The notes beneath the pieces are model-generated. The model was not told the origin of the DNA and ran no database searches. It worked only from the letters and a program-made list of their open reading frames with translations. DNA of 64,000 nt. It comes from a virus. Its lineage: Duplodnaviria; Caudoviricetes. The position numbers were made by a program, and so were the translations under genes. Of the stretch, positions 17,525 to 26,843 are shown piece by piece; the first letter of the stretch is position 1, and each line of letters begins with the position of its first letter. Location of the stretch: the IMG/VR virus record IMGVR_UViG_3300028840_002847, positions 2,188 through 66,187 of that record; one strand, 5' to 3'.

Positions 17525-20221
17525 ATGAAATCGAAGCACCCTAGATTTACTATCGGCATGGGTTTAATTCTTTTAGCGGCTGTCGTCTTAATAGTCGGTT
17601 CCTGTAACGAAGCTTTCGGAGAGATAAACGAGGGCTTTAATGCCTTTACTGACGGAACACGTCCTGCAGGCTGGGTATTTACTGGTTGCGACCAGAATGA
17701 CGATACTTATATTACCGAATCTAACTCCGGCCTGCTTCCTCCCTCAATTAAGCTAGACGAAACCGACGATCAAATTGTGTCCGAAGAATTTATCGGATAT
17801 GATTCTCTTGCTTTTTGGTTAAAAGGACAGGCAACAGATATAAGTAGCGGATTGCTAGTTGAATTATTCGATTCACCTGATTGGACTGAACTAACGGACC
17901 TCTACTCGTTGCCTACTTCTGGGACAACCTTAGGTCCTTTTCCTTTAGCCTCTAATCCATCGAGTTCACAGGTACGATTTACTTATACTAAGAGCGCGGG
18001 GAACCTCGCCTTTGACGATGTCCATATCTATAATCTAACCCCGACCCCTTCGGTAACACCTACACCTTCTATTACACCTACGCCAACTCTTACCCCGGAA
18101 CCTACGGCTACACCTACTCCTTCAATCACTCCGACGCCGACACCAAGCCCTAGCCCCTCTCCTACACCGACCCCTTCTATTACACCAAGCCCAACACCGC
18201 TTAGTGTTATGATATACGGTAGCGGTACTCTAGAGGTTAATGGAATATATTGCCCCGAAGGATATTATGAGAGTTGTATCTATTATGTTCATAGGGTGAA
18301 TGATAATTATAAGTTAATCCGAAGCACTCCCCCTTCTTCGGAAACATGGAATCTTCTTAGCGGGACAGAAGTTCAATATATGAACCTCGACGATTGCGAC
18401 GTTGATTTTGATACCGCTTCATGGATGAAAGTATTAGGAGATGATCCGGCTCCTTCTTCAATGTATAGTAATTGTGATGTTACAACGCCGACGGTGACGC
18501 CGACGCCGATCCCGACAGCCACACCTTCTATGACCCCGCCTACCCCTTCCCCGACAGCATCGGCTACACCATGGTCATGGGGAGGCCAGATAAAGATAGC
18601 TACTTCTAATTTATCTCAAGGCTTCGCCCCGGTATATTATGGGGAGCCTGCCCTCCATTTATTTCAAGGCCTAAAACCCGATATCGTTTTTATGCAAGAA
18701 TGGATGGCGCAATCTACTTCAAACCGCAGGGAGTTCGTAGATACAGCTTTTGGAGAGGATTTTTATTATTATGTAATCCCGGGCGGCTCAATGCCAACGG
18801 GCTTTATTTCGAGATGGGAATTTCAAACTATGGGAACATGGGCTCAGGAAACAGTAGCGCTAAGGGACTTTGCTTGGGCTACTATGACCCTGCCTCATGG
18901 TGAACTTCTCCAGTTGACTTCGGCTCACCTGAAATCGGGAAGCACCGCAGAAGACCTTGCAAAAAGGACCTATGATGCTGAGATATTAAAAGGCTATATC
19001 CAAGCTAACTTTGATGATGAGTATTATATTATTGTAGGCGCAGATACAAATGCTCAAAACGACGAAGAAGCTCAGTTCGCAATATGGACGTCTTTCTTAT
19101 CTGCAGACGAAAACCGCCCTGCAGATCAGAATGGTGATAAGGACACAAATGCGAACCGGGATAAACCTTTTGATTGGATAATGCCTAATGCGAACGCCGC
19201 GGCTAAAGAAGTAAGTTTCAATGTAGGGACTTGGGAGTTTGAACAGGGGATTGTTTTTGACAGCGAAGTGTACACTCCTTTGACCGATGTAGCCCCTATT
19301 GAATATGAAGATTCTCACGCCGAAGGACTAGCTCATATGTTAGTTCTTAAGACGTTCCAGTTTGGGGCTTCTCCTTCTCCTTCGGTACCACCGACCCCGA
19401 CGCCCAGTATTACACCGACTCCAAGCATTACCCCGACGCCGACTGTTACACCCACTCCGAGCGTTACCCCGACTCCCACTCCGACTCCGAGTGTTCCCCC
19501 GACACGGACACCGACACCTTCGATAACCCCGACTCCATCAGTTACTCCGACTCCATCAGTTACCCCGACTCCTTCGGTTACGCCTACGCCAACACCGACG
19601 CTGACTCCTTCTCCTTCGCCATCGCCGACTTTAACCCCGGAGCCGACAGCCAGTGTAACTCCAACCCCGATACCTACTCCCTCTCCGATCGCCACCCCGA
19701 CTCCTGCTATATGCACTCGGCTCGATGAAAGGTTTAATGGATTTGATACAGGTACCAGACCGACAGGCTGGACTTTTACTGGCTGCGACGCAAACTCTGA
19801 TACATATACTGCTGTTGGGAGTTATGGTTATCAGTCGCCATCTATAAAATTAGACGCTACTGCGGACAGGATAGAAACACCTGTCTTTTTATCTGGCGAA
19901 TGGTTACAGTTTTGGGTTAAAGGGCAGGGAACAAATACCGAAAGTAGTCTGTTGGTTGAAGAATATTATTCTTCTTCTTGGGTCGAGTTGACAAATCTCC
20001 TACCCGTAGGTGGTTCTGCTAGGTATATCCAAGGCTTAGATTTAAACTCTCATTCAACTAAAATGCGCATGACTTATACTAAGTCTGTCGGGAATGTAGC
20101 CCTAGATGATTTGATGATTAAATGCGATATTACTCCGACGCCATCTCCGACGCCCCAGCCCAGAGAAAAAGGGGCGGTCATGATGCGGCGCAGAAGTATC
20201 CCCGTCCAATGGAGAGAATAA
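17525..20221 (+). CDS. exported modular protein: duplicated beta-sandwich domains, Pro/Thr linkers, central EEP (endo/exonuclease/phosphatase) domain
   Basis: signal peptide; [32 protein letters not shown] motifs; PTPSVT repeats; N- and C-terminal domains alignable (GTRP.GW.FTGCD...YTKS.GN.A.DD). Confidence 0.8.
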   Translation: MKSKHPRFTIGMGLILLAAVVLIVGSCNEAFGEINEGFNAFTDGTRPAGWVFTGCDQNDDTYITESNSGLLPPSIKLDETDDQIVSEEFIGYDSLAFWLKGQATDISSGLLVELFDSPDWTELTDLYSLPTSGTTLGPFPLASNPSSSQVRFTYTKSAGNLAFDDVHIYNLTPTPSVTPTPSITPTPTLTPEPTATPTPSITPTPTPSPSPSPTPTPSITPSPTPLSVMIYGSGTLEVNGIYCPEGYYESCIYYVHRVNDNYKLIRSTPPSSETWNLLSGTEVQYMNLDDCDVDFDTASWMKVLGDDPAPSSMYSNCDVTTPTVTPTPIPTATPSMTPPTPSPTASATPWSWGGQIKIATSNLSQGFAPVYYGEPALHLFQGLKPDIVFMQEWMAQSTSNRREFVDTAFGEDFYYYVIPGGSMPTGFISRWEFQTMGTWAQETVALRDFAWATMTLPHGELLQLTSAHLKSGSTAEDLAKRTYDAEILKGYIQANFDDEYYIIVGADTNAQNDEEAQFAIWTSFLSADENRPADQNGDKDTNANRDKPFDWIMPNANAAAKEVSFNVGTWEFEQGIVFDSEVYTPLTDVAPIEYEDSHAEGLAHMLVLKTFQFGASPSPSVPPTPTPSITPTPSITPTPTVTPTPSVTPTPTPTPSVPPTRTPTPSITPTPSVTPTPSVTPTPSVTPTPTPTLTPSPSPSPTLTPEPTASVTPTPIPTPSPIATPTPAICTRLDERFNGFDTGTRPTGWTFTGCDANSDTYTAVGSYGYQSPSIKLDATADRIETPVFLSGEWLQFWVKGQGTNTESSLLVEEYYSSSWVELTNLLPVGGSARYIQGLDLNSHSTKMRMTYTKSVGNVALDDLMIKCDITPTPSPTPQPREKGAVMMRRRSIPVQWRE

Positions 20222-20222
20222 T

Positions 20223-20672
20223 ATGAGTTATACCCCGAGAATATTGACAGCTTCTGACGACCTGCAAGGTGTCCGCCATGCTGCCCAGATGAACAATAAG
20301 ACATTGCCCGACAGCAGGATACTTTCGACTGCTTATCTCCCCTCTACCGAGGCAAAGGTTATTAAGTTAATCCCGGGTTATGCGACCCTAGGGACAGATG
20401 ATACTCTGCTCTTAAAATCAGGGGTAACAAATCTAGTTGCCGCCCGTGCTATCAGGGTAGCTATGGAGATAGAGAAGTCCTTAGAGTATGAGTATAAGCG
20501 TACCCGGGAAAAGATGGCGCAGGCTCTAGAAGACCAAGCCGCCGAAGACCTCGGAGGCATCTCGGTACTCTCAGACGAGATTACCCCTGCCGATATTCTC
20601 AGAGTGTCTGGCCCGACGAGAGCCGCTAAGGAAAACTCTACCTTTTTATATGAAACTTCGGTGATCCGGTGA
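20223..20672 (+). CDS. head-tail adaptor (putative)
   Basis: 149 aa helical protein, synteny. Confidence 0.5.
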   Translation: MSYTPRILTASDDLQGVRHAAQMNNKTLPDSRILSTAYLPSTEAKVIKLIPGYATLGTDDTLLLKSGVTNLVAARAIRVAMEIEKSLEYEYKRTREKMAQALEDQAAEDLGGISVLSDEITPADILRVSGPTRAAKENSTFLYETSVIR

Positions 20673-21256
20673 TAGAAGATACCTATACCAAAACCATTAC
20701 CCTGACTCGCCTAACCGCCGAGGTGCTCGCGGCGGCTACCCCTACAGCTAGCATGACTCCCAATTATCAGCCAGCGGGAGCGGCTAATATGATGGTACGC
20801 TTGCGGGGCGGTTCCTCAGGCGGGAATATAACCGTCATAGGACAAGTCGGCGGGGCGCCCGATACCGAAGTTATCTCATTGGCTTCCGGCGACACGGGAC
20901 AGCAGGGAACAAAACTCTTTACCACAGTCGGCAGCTTTACCCTGTCTGGAATATCAGACGGGACAGTTGAGGTGACGGCTGTAAGAAGCTCAGGGGAACC
21001 CTATACCCGGGAACTTATAGTTAGCACTATCATGGGGCGTATAAAAGCCCGGAAAGGGTATCTCAGAATGATAGCTACGGGGCGCGACCCCGTTTCAGAT
21101 TATGTCATGGCCTGCATGGGCGCTGACGAAATCAAAGAGGAAAGATTTGTCTATACAGACGGGAAAAAGTATGAGATAACTTTTGTTTCACCAGTAGCCC
21201 AGCTCGGAAATGTAAATTGCGATCTGCACTACGTCGAAACTTCAGAAGGCCCTTGA
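20669..21256 (+). CDS. head closure-like protein with a beta insertion
   Basis: TITLTR start and DGKKYEITFV end typical of stoppers; synteny. Confidence 0.5.
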   Translation: MIEDTYTKTITLTRLTAEVLAAATPTASMTPNYQPAGAANMMVRLRGGSSGGNITVIGQVGGAPDTEVISLASGDTGQQGTKLFTTVGSFTLSGISDGTVEVTAVRSSGEPYTRELIVSTIMGRIKARKGYLRMIATGRDPVSDYVMACMGADEIKEERFVYTDGKKYEITFVSPVAQLGNVNCDLHYVETSEGP

Positions 21257-21275
21257 GGCCTATAAGGAGGACGTC

Positions 21276-23861
21276 ATGGATTTAGCTCTTAAAAGAGAAG
21301 GCGACAAGACTGACGTGTCGGTTTCTATTGTAATTCTCACCCTCAACAACCTCCCTTGCACTATCAATTGCTTGGACTCTATAGTAGAGACCCAGCCCGA
21401 AGGGATGGACCTCGAACTTATCATTATCGATAACGGCTCTACCGATGGAACAGTCCAATATCTCGAATATTTTGAAAATAAGATGATCGAGATAGACGGT
21501 CCTAAGGTTGAGCTTTCCTTTAATACCAAGAATCACGGCTTTGCAGGCGGCTGTAACCTAGGGTATAAACTCTCGACTAAGGACATTGTCGTATTCCTCA
21601 ACAACGACACTATCGTAACTCCTAACTGGCTTGAGGAATTGATTATCCCCTTAATGTACTGTCCGGAAGCTGCCTTTGTCGCCTCCGTCAGTAACTTCGC
21701 CGGCGGAGCTCAACAGATCAATACTAATTATAATGGTCGAGCTGAGATGCTCGCCTTTGCCGCGAAGCACCTCCAAGAGTACAACCGCCAGACTATCTCC
21801 GTGGGAATGGTTACCGGCTTGAGCATGGCGGCCCGGCGTGATGTCCTCGACAGGCTCGTAGGCTTCCACGTTCCAGAAGGGCAACTGTTTGACGAGCGCT
21901 TCTTCCCGGGTATGTGGGAGGATAACGATATATGCTTGAGAGCTACACTATTAAACTACAGGTGTCTGGTATCTCTCGGCTCTTTCGTTCATCACGAAGG
22001 GTCACAGAGCTTTAAGTCTTTAGGGGCGAACGTACCCTCAGAAACCTTTAAGGTTAACCGACAGCGCTTCTATGACAAATGGCAAGAGCAGTTCCCTAGA
22101 GAGAATAAAGTTGTCGCAATGCTCCGGGTCAAGGACGGGATAATCCATATCGAGCGTTGCCTGTCCGGGCTTGAGAAGTGGGTTGACGAAATCGTTGTCC
22201 TCGATACCGGCAGCACGGACGGGACAAAAGGAATAATCGGCAACCACTTCCCAGAGCATGGCGGGAAAGTTGTAGACTTCGATTTTACCACGTTCAAAGA
22301 CACTCCCCTGCAAGAGTTTGAAGAGCGTCAATTCCTCCTTGAGATGGCGCAAGAAAGAAACCCTACTTGGATTCTCCGCATTGATGTTGACGAGGTATTT
22401 GAAGACCGTATTATTGAGAAACTCCCTCTCCTTCTCAATCCGATTAACCCTGAAATCCTCTGCTGGCAGTTCCCTATGAAAACTCTCTGGCGGGGAGAGG
22501 AAAAGTATCGCGCTGACGGGAACTGGGGGCAAATGTGCCCCTATGCTCTGTTCCGTCATATCCCGGGAAACGAGCTTCTAAATAATGAGCACCCTCAAGG
22601 CTTCCATATCCCCTCTATCCCTATCTTTGTAGCCCGGCATATAGGCTTCTGTAATGTTAATATGGTTCATTGGGGCTACTATCAATGGGAGGAAGTCAAC
22701 CGGAAGTTTGCATGGTACGGTGAAGTCGATACCGAGAAGCGTCAGGAAGATATAGGAGGGCGGGGAGACTATTCTCATCTCGTCGATGAACGGGCCTTGC
22801 GCTTGTATCCATACCGGGAAAAGAACGGCATTAGCCTGCTCATGATGATGAAAGACGAGGAAGCGGCTGTCCTTGAGATTATAGAGTCGCTCCATATGAT
22901 TGTGGACGAGATTGTGATTGTCCATACCGGGGAGGATATAAGCCGGGAGACTAAGGCTAAGTTTGAGCTTTATAACGTCTGGGTCTGTCCGTATAAATGG
23001 CAGGACAACTATGCCGTTGCCCGGAATTATGGAATAGTAAATTGCACCAAGCGCTGGATACTTCACCTCGACCCAGACGAAAGGATAGGGGAAAAACACA
23101 AGGGGATGATAACAGGTCTAGTCGAGCAGGAAGCTAGCGGATTTATTTTTACGATCCTCAATTACATGGAAGACCCTAACGTAGTTCCTAAGCCGAAATG
23201 CCACGCTCAGGACGCGGTAAGGTTGTTCTTGAATGACAGTAAACTGTATTATGCGAACATGGTCCATGAGACCCTCGATGATTCTATCCGGGCGCTTCCG
23301 GAATCCGACCCGGGAATAAAAAGAGCGCCTGTTATAATCCACCATTATGGCTATCTGCAGGACAAAGCCGCACTGGGTACCAAGTTAGAATATTACGCTA
23401 ATCTTAATCGGAAGTGGATAAAAGAAACCCCAGAAGACCCGCGGCCCTACTACAACCTAGCTATCCATTACCTTGAGATAGGGAAGGAAGACGAAGCCCT
23501 CAATTATCTAGAGATAGCCCGGGACCTCAACAATGAAAAAGAGTACGGACTCTGGCAAGTTAGCGCGGCCCTTAGCGCCGAGTACGGGAAAGCCTTTATA
23601 GGACATACCCTCGCAACGATAAAGGCGATCCCGCCTGACCACCCGTACCGAAAAGAGCTGATCGCGATTGTGAATTTCCTTAAAGGTAAGGTCAATGCGC
23701 CTATAAAGGTATTGGAGGAAAAAAATGGCTCAGGTAAGAGTAGAAGTTCACAATGCGAGGTGGTTCAAAGCCCTCCACACAGCGAGCAAGAAGGCGGTGG
23801 AGAAGGCGACGAAGCAAGCAAACAGGGAGTTCAAGAGGAACATAAATCTGAGGGACCATAG
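21276..23861 (+). CDS. triple GT2 glycosyltransferase with C-terminal TPR
   Basis: SIVILT..IIDNGSTDG..FLNND; MLRVKD..LDTGSTDG..IDVDE; MMKDE..LDPDE..HHYGY; TPR-like PRPYYNLAIHYLEIG. Confidence 0.9.
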   Translation: MDLALKREGDKTDVSVSIVILTLNNLPCTINCLDSIVETQPEGMDLELIIIDNGSTDGTVQYLEYFENKMIEIDGPKVELSFNTKNHGFAGGCNLGYKLSTKDIVVFLNNDTIVTPNWLEELIIPLMYCPEAAFVASVSNFAGGAQQINTNYNGRAEMLAFAAKHLQEYNRQTISVGMVTGLSMAARRDVLDRLVGFHVPEGQLFDERFFPGMWEDNDICLRATLLNYRCLVSLGSFVHHEGSQSFKSLGANVPSETFKVNRQRFYDKWQEQFPRENKVVAMLRVKDGIIHIERCLSGLEKWVDEIVVLDTGSTDGTKGIIGNHFPEHGGKVVDFDFTTFKDTPLQEFEERQFLLEMAQERNPTWILRIDVDEVFEDRIIEKLPLLLNPINPEILCWQFPMKTLWRGEEKYRADGNWGQMCPYALFRHIPGNELLNNEHPQGFHIPSIPIFVARHIGFCNVNMVHWGYYQWEEVNRKFAWYGEVDTEKRQEDIGGRGDYSHLVDERALRLYPYREKNGISLLMMMKDEEAAVLEIIESLHMIVDEIVIVHTGEDISRETKAKFELYNVWVCPYKWQDNYAVARNYGIVNCTKRWILHLDPDERIGEKHKGMITGLVEQEASGFIFTILNYMEDPNVVPKPKCHAQDAVRLFLNDSKLYYANMVHETLDDSIRALPESDPGIKRAPVIIHHYGYLQDKAALGTKLEYYANLNRKWIKETPEDPRPYYNLAIHYLEIGKEDEALNYLEIARDLNNEKEYGLWQVSAALSAEYGKAFIGHTLATIKAIPPDHPYRKELIAIVNFLKGKVNAPIKVLEEKNGSGKSRSSQCEVVQSPPHSEQEGGGEGDEASKQGVQEEHKSEGP

Positions 23862-24189
23862 TCCTGATGATTTGAGGGCAATGGGTCACCCTTATGCCGC
23901 CCGGAACCCGCAAAATATCCATGAGCCTCCTTGGCTCGTTCATCGGCAATCCGGGGACCTCCAAAAAGACATGATAAAAGTGGAAGTCTATGAGAACCCC
24001 GACGGCTATATTGGCAACTACGGATTTAGGGCTACCGAGAGGGCTATTTATATTGTAGGAGGAACAACTAAGATGGTGCCGAGAGATGTAGTTAGAGGGA
24101 CTCTCGGCCAGCACCGGGAAGCTCTATTAGATACAATGAGGGAAGTGCTTAAAGACCGGTTTGGCGGTTTAATATCATTGGGGGTATAA
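23725..24189 (+). CDS. neck/tail completion protein (HK97 gp10-like)
   Basis: RQSGDL and GTTKMVPR motifs; synteny. Confidence 0.65.
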   Translation: MAQVRVEVHNARWFKALHTASKKAVEKATKQANREFKRNINLRDHSPDDLRAMGHPYAARNPQNIHEPPWLVHRQSGDLQKDMIKVEVYENPDGYIGNYGFRATERAIYIVGGTTKMVPRDVVRGTLGQHREALLDTMREVLKDRFGGLISLGV

Positions 24190-24190
24190 G

Positions 24191-24586
24191 ATGGCAGACT
24201 ATAAAAATCTATGGAGGCGCACCTGCATCAACGATGCTCAGTTAAACGCTATCATCAAAGGGAGGGCTTACCCTCAGCACGTCTCGGCAGTTGATGGCCC
24301 GAAGTATCCCTGCGTATCCCTTCATGCGATTAATCGGGAGCCGGATAATAGTGCAAAGGGTATCAAGGATGGGGATTACCAGATGGATGCTTGGGCACCG
24401 ATTGAAGACGATGCCGACGAAATCCAAGATTGCCTAGAGCGCTTATTCCACGAAGAAGTTATAACCGGCGAAGGTGTCCGGGTAAACTTTTGCCGTTCCC
24501 GGTCTCGCCATGACGGGCTTTATCAGAGAGAGGATAATGTATTCCACAAGGTGAGTATGTGGATTGTAAAATGGAGCGAAACATGA
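24191..24586 (+). CDS. tail terminator protein
   Basis: GRAYP, YPCVS, YQMDAW; size and synteny. Confidence 0.65.
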   Translation: MADYKNLWRRTCINDAQLNAIIKGRAYPQHVSAVDGPKYPCVSLHAINREPDNSAKGIKDGDYQMDAWAPIEDDADEIQDCLERLFHEEVITGEGVRVNFCRSRSRHDGLYQREDNVFHKVSMWIVKWSET

Positions 24587-24855
24587 AAAACAAACCCTTA
24601 AAGTTACCGGGAAGTCAAACAGAGTGGCTTTGCCCTTTTTGTCAGGCAGCGGGAAAGAATACTGTCCTCGGAATCCATTGCGGAGATACCCTCAGAATTA
24701 AATATAAAGAGTTGTATGTAGAGTTCGAGGGCGAGGGCCGTGTAGCTACTAATTGTAGGGCCTGCGCGGCACGGGTAGAAGCCTATAGTCAGAATTTTCA
24801 GTTGTATCAATCCTTTAAAGATGAGAGGCTGAAACAAAAGCAGAAAGACTCTTAA
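24583..24855 (+). CDS. zinc-ribbon protein, Com-like
   Basis: CPFC...CRAC; ATGA overlap with the upstream stop. Confidence 0.5.
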   Translation: MKNKPLKLPGSQTEWLCPFCQAAGKNTVLGIHCGDTLRIKYKELYVEFEGEGRVATNCRACAARVEAYSQNFQLYQSFKDERLKQKQKDS

Positions 24856-24969
24856 CCGGACGGAATCGCGTCCCTCCGGGCAGTATCAATTTTTTTAACC
24901 AGCTTGCAGACGGTATGATGTCCGAGAGACACACGACACCGCGACAAGCACTGAAGGAGGTGAAGTGCC

Positions 24970-25542
24970 ATGGCTTGGAATATGCCGACTTATGACACTG
25001 ATAACTATACCTTTGGTCCGTGTGTCGTGTATATCGGGAGTTGCGGAGTTACTCCGTCAACCGATTTGGGCGCGGTCAGAGGTAACACAGAAGTGGTGGT
25101 TTCTAAGGAAGTCCTTGAAATTAAGCAGGGCTCTCCGCAGGTAGTCACCAAACAGTATATTACGGCGCAGGGCGCACGTATCAGTTTTACCAGCCTTGAG
25201 GCTCTCGGTAAGTTGCAGAACTTGCTTTGGGGTCTTGGGCAGGGTGTTCAGACTGGTACCCCCGGCACCGGAACCGAAACCCTTGGCTATGGTGGAAGCG
25301 TCAACCTCGACGAGGTTGCGGTTATGCTCGTTCATGAGCTGCCGACTGGCACTACCCTTAAGCTCTGCTTCTGGCGCTGTCAGGGCAAGGCTGACCTTAC
25401 TATGGCCTTTAACGAAACCGGTGAAACCGGAATACCGATGGAGTTTGAAGCTCTCGACGGGACCACAGACTTTTATGGTCAGGCGATTGCTACCAGTTCC
25501 ACGGAGCGGATTTTCCGCATTATCAAGATCAATGCTCCTTAA
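24970..25542 (+). CDS. major tail (tube) protein
   Basis: FGPCVVYIG..DLGAVRG, IPMEFEAL; strong SD AAGGAGG; precedes chaperones. Confidence 0.8.
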   Translation: MAWNMPTYDTDNYTFGPCVVYIGSCGVTPSTDLGAVRGNTEVVVSKEVLEIKQGSPQVVTKQYITAQGARISFTSLEALGKLQNLLWGLGQGVQTGTPGTGTETLGYGGSVNLDEVAVMLVHELPTGTTLKLCFWRCQGKADLTMAFNETGETGIPMEFEALDGTTDFYGQAIATSSTERIFRIIKINAP

Positions 25543-25569
25543 TCGGGGCTAACTGTCAGGAGGGACGCG

Positions 25570-26094
25570 ATGACGGACAAAAAGAAAGAACCTGAGGCTA
25601 CTACCGGTGGCCCGGGAGTAGAGATGCAGGTAGAAAAGAAGCCGGTTGCCTTTGATGCTAAGGCAGTACAAGCGGCTCAGAAAGCCAAAGCCGAAGAGAG
25701 AGAAAAGACTCTAGAAGAACTGAGAGCCTTGCTCAATGTCGGCTACACGTTTACCACCGCCCGGGGACTAGAGGTAAAAGTTCCGCCGTTTACCGGGAAA
25801 CACGAAAAGCTAGCTATCAAGGCTATGCTTGAATTCTTCGTAACCAACCCGGATATCCTCGACAAGATCGTTGCAGAGGCAACCGCAGGGAAGGTTACAG
25901 GTTCGTCTTTGGCCCGTCTGCTGTTTACTAATATAGATAAGGCTCATACCACGGCTCAGGAAGTTACAGCGGCCCTGCTTGATAAAGACCTCAAATGGGT
26001 TAATGACAACCTGATGATTTCCGACCTCATAAAGGTAGCTAAGCCTTTTTTCGCCGTAGAGGTAGACGTGATCAAGGGACTGAAAAATCTGTAG
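25570..26094 (+). CDS. tail assembly chaperone (G-like)
   Basis: synteny; slippery T TTT TTC near the 3' end. Confidence 0.7.
   Translation: MTDKKKEPEATTGGPGVEMQVEKKPVAFDAKAVQAAQKAKAEEREKTLEELRALLNVGYTFTTARGLEVKVPPFTGKHEKLAIKAMLEFFVTNPDILDKIVAEATAGKVTGSSLARLLFTNIDKAHTTAQEVTAALLDKDLKWVNDNLMISDLIKVAKPFFAVEVDVIKGLKNL
26046..26052 (+). other. -1 ribosomal frameshift slippery site
   Basis: T TTT TTC in codon phase; the -1 frame is open into 26115-26411. Confidence 0.6.
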
Positions 26095-26114
26095 AGTCAG
26101 GCCCTCGAAAGGAC

Positions 26115-26411
26115 GTGTCCTTGTTTGACATTCAGGACAAGCTCATGTCTACCTATGGTTTATCGCTGGAAGAATCAATTAAGATTACTAATGAGCAAGC
26201 GGCAAGATTGCTAAAATCTGCCGAGTTTAGAGGATTTGATGAAATAGAGTTTCAGGCATCATTTATTGCTATAAAAGTAGGAGAGATGTTCACAGGTAAG
26301 AAAGCGAAATACGAGAAGCCGAAGTCAGTTAAAAAGATAGAAAAGCCGAAGGCTTTAACTGAAGGTGCTGTTTCGCGATTAGAGCAACTCTCAAAAGGGA
26401 TGGTAATATGA
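26115..26411 (+). CDS. tail assembly chaperone extension (T-like)
   Basis: in the -1 frame of the upstream chaperone, with no well-spaced SD of its own. Confidence 0.6.
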   Translation: MSLFDIQDKLMSTYGLSLEESIKITNEQAARLLKSAEFRGFDEIEFQASFIAIKVGEMFTGKKAKYEKPKSVKKIEKPKALTEGAVSRLEQLSKGMVI

Positions 26412-26821
26412 GAAATGAGATCGATTTAACGGCTCATGATTTTCTTATTACAGCTAAAGTGGAGGACTCCGAAGCACTAATAAAAGAAGCTAAGGAGTTG
26501 ACCGAAAAGTATTTGAAGGCAGGCCCTAAAAGGCGCTGGCTTCTATCTACTCCAACCTACCGGGGACTGTATAGGCTCCCAGACTTTGTTAAAGCCTGTA
26601 AGGATTTCGGAAAGGTCCGTGATATAAATATTGAAGATATCCATATCACGTCCGGGGTATTGGTAGATGCTACTGTCATCATTACTGTCGACGGCACGTT
26701 AGCGAGGTTCAAGATGAGCCTTGTGAAAGAAAAGGGAATGAGAGAGCCGGACTTAAAGGCACCCTTAAGGGTAAACGCTAAAACCGCTCCTCCTTTTATG
26801 TTTGTAAATGCCAGAGAATAG
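26408..26821 (+). CDS. hypothetical protein between chaperones and tape measure
   Basis: ORF with ATGA overlap. Confidence 0.55.
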   Translation: MRNEIDLTAHDFLITAKVEDSEALIKEAKELTEKYLKAGPKRRWLLSTPTYRGLYRLPDFVKACKDFGKVRDINIEDIHITSGVLVDATVIITVDGTLARFKMSLVKEKGMREPDLKAPLRVNAKTAPPFMFVNARE

Positions 26822-26843
26822 GTGACTCCGCAAGGAGTTCCTT

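Noticed and set aside
19333-19716. GV-repeat minus-strand ORF or repeat array
   Set aside because: Mirror of the Pro/Thr linker codons; the repeats are degenerate at the DNA level and have no spacers
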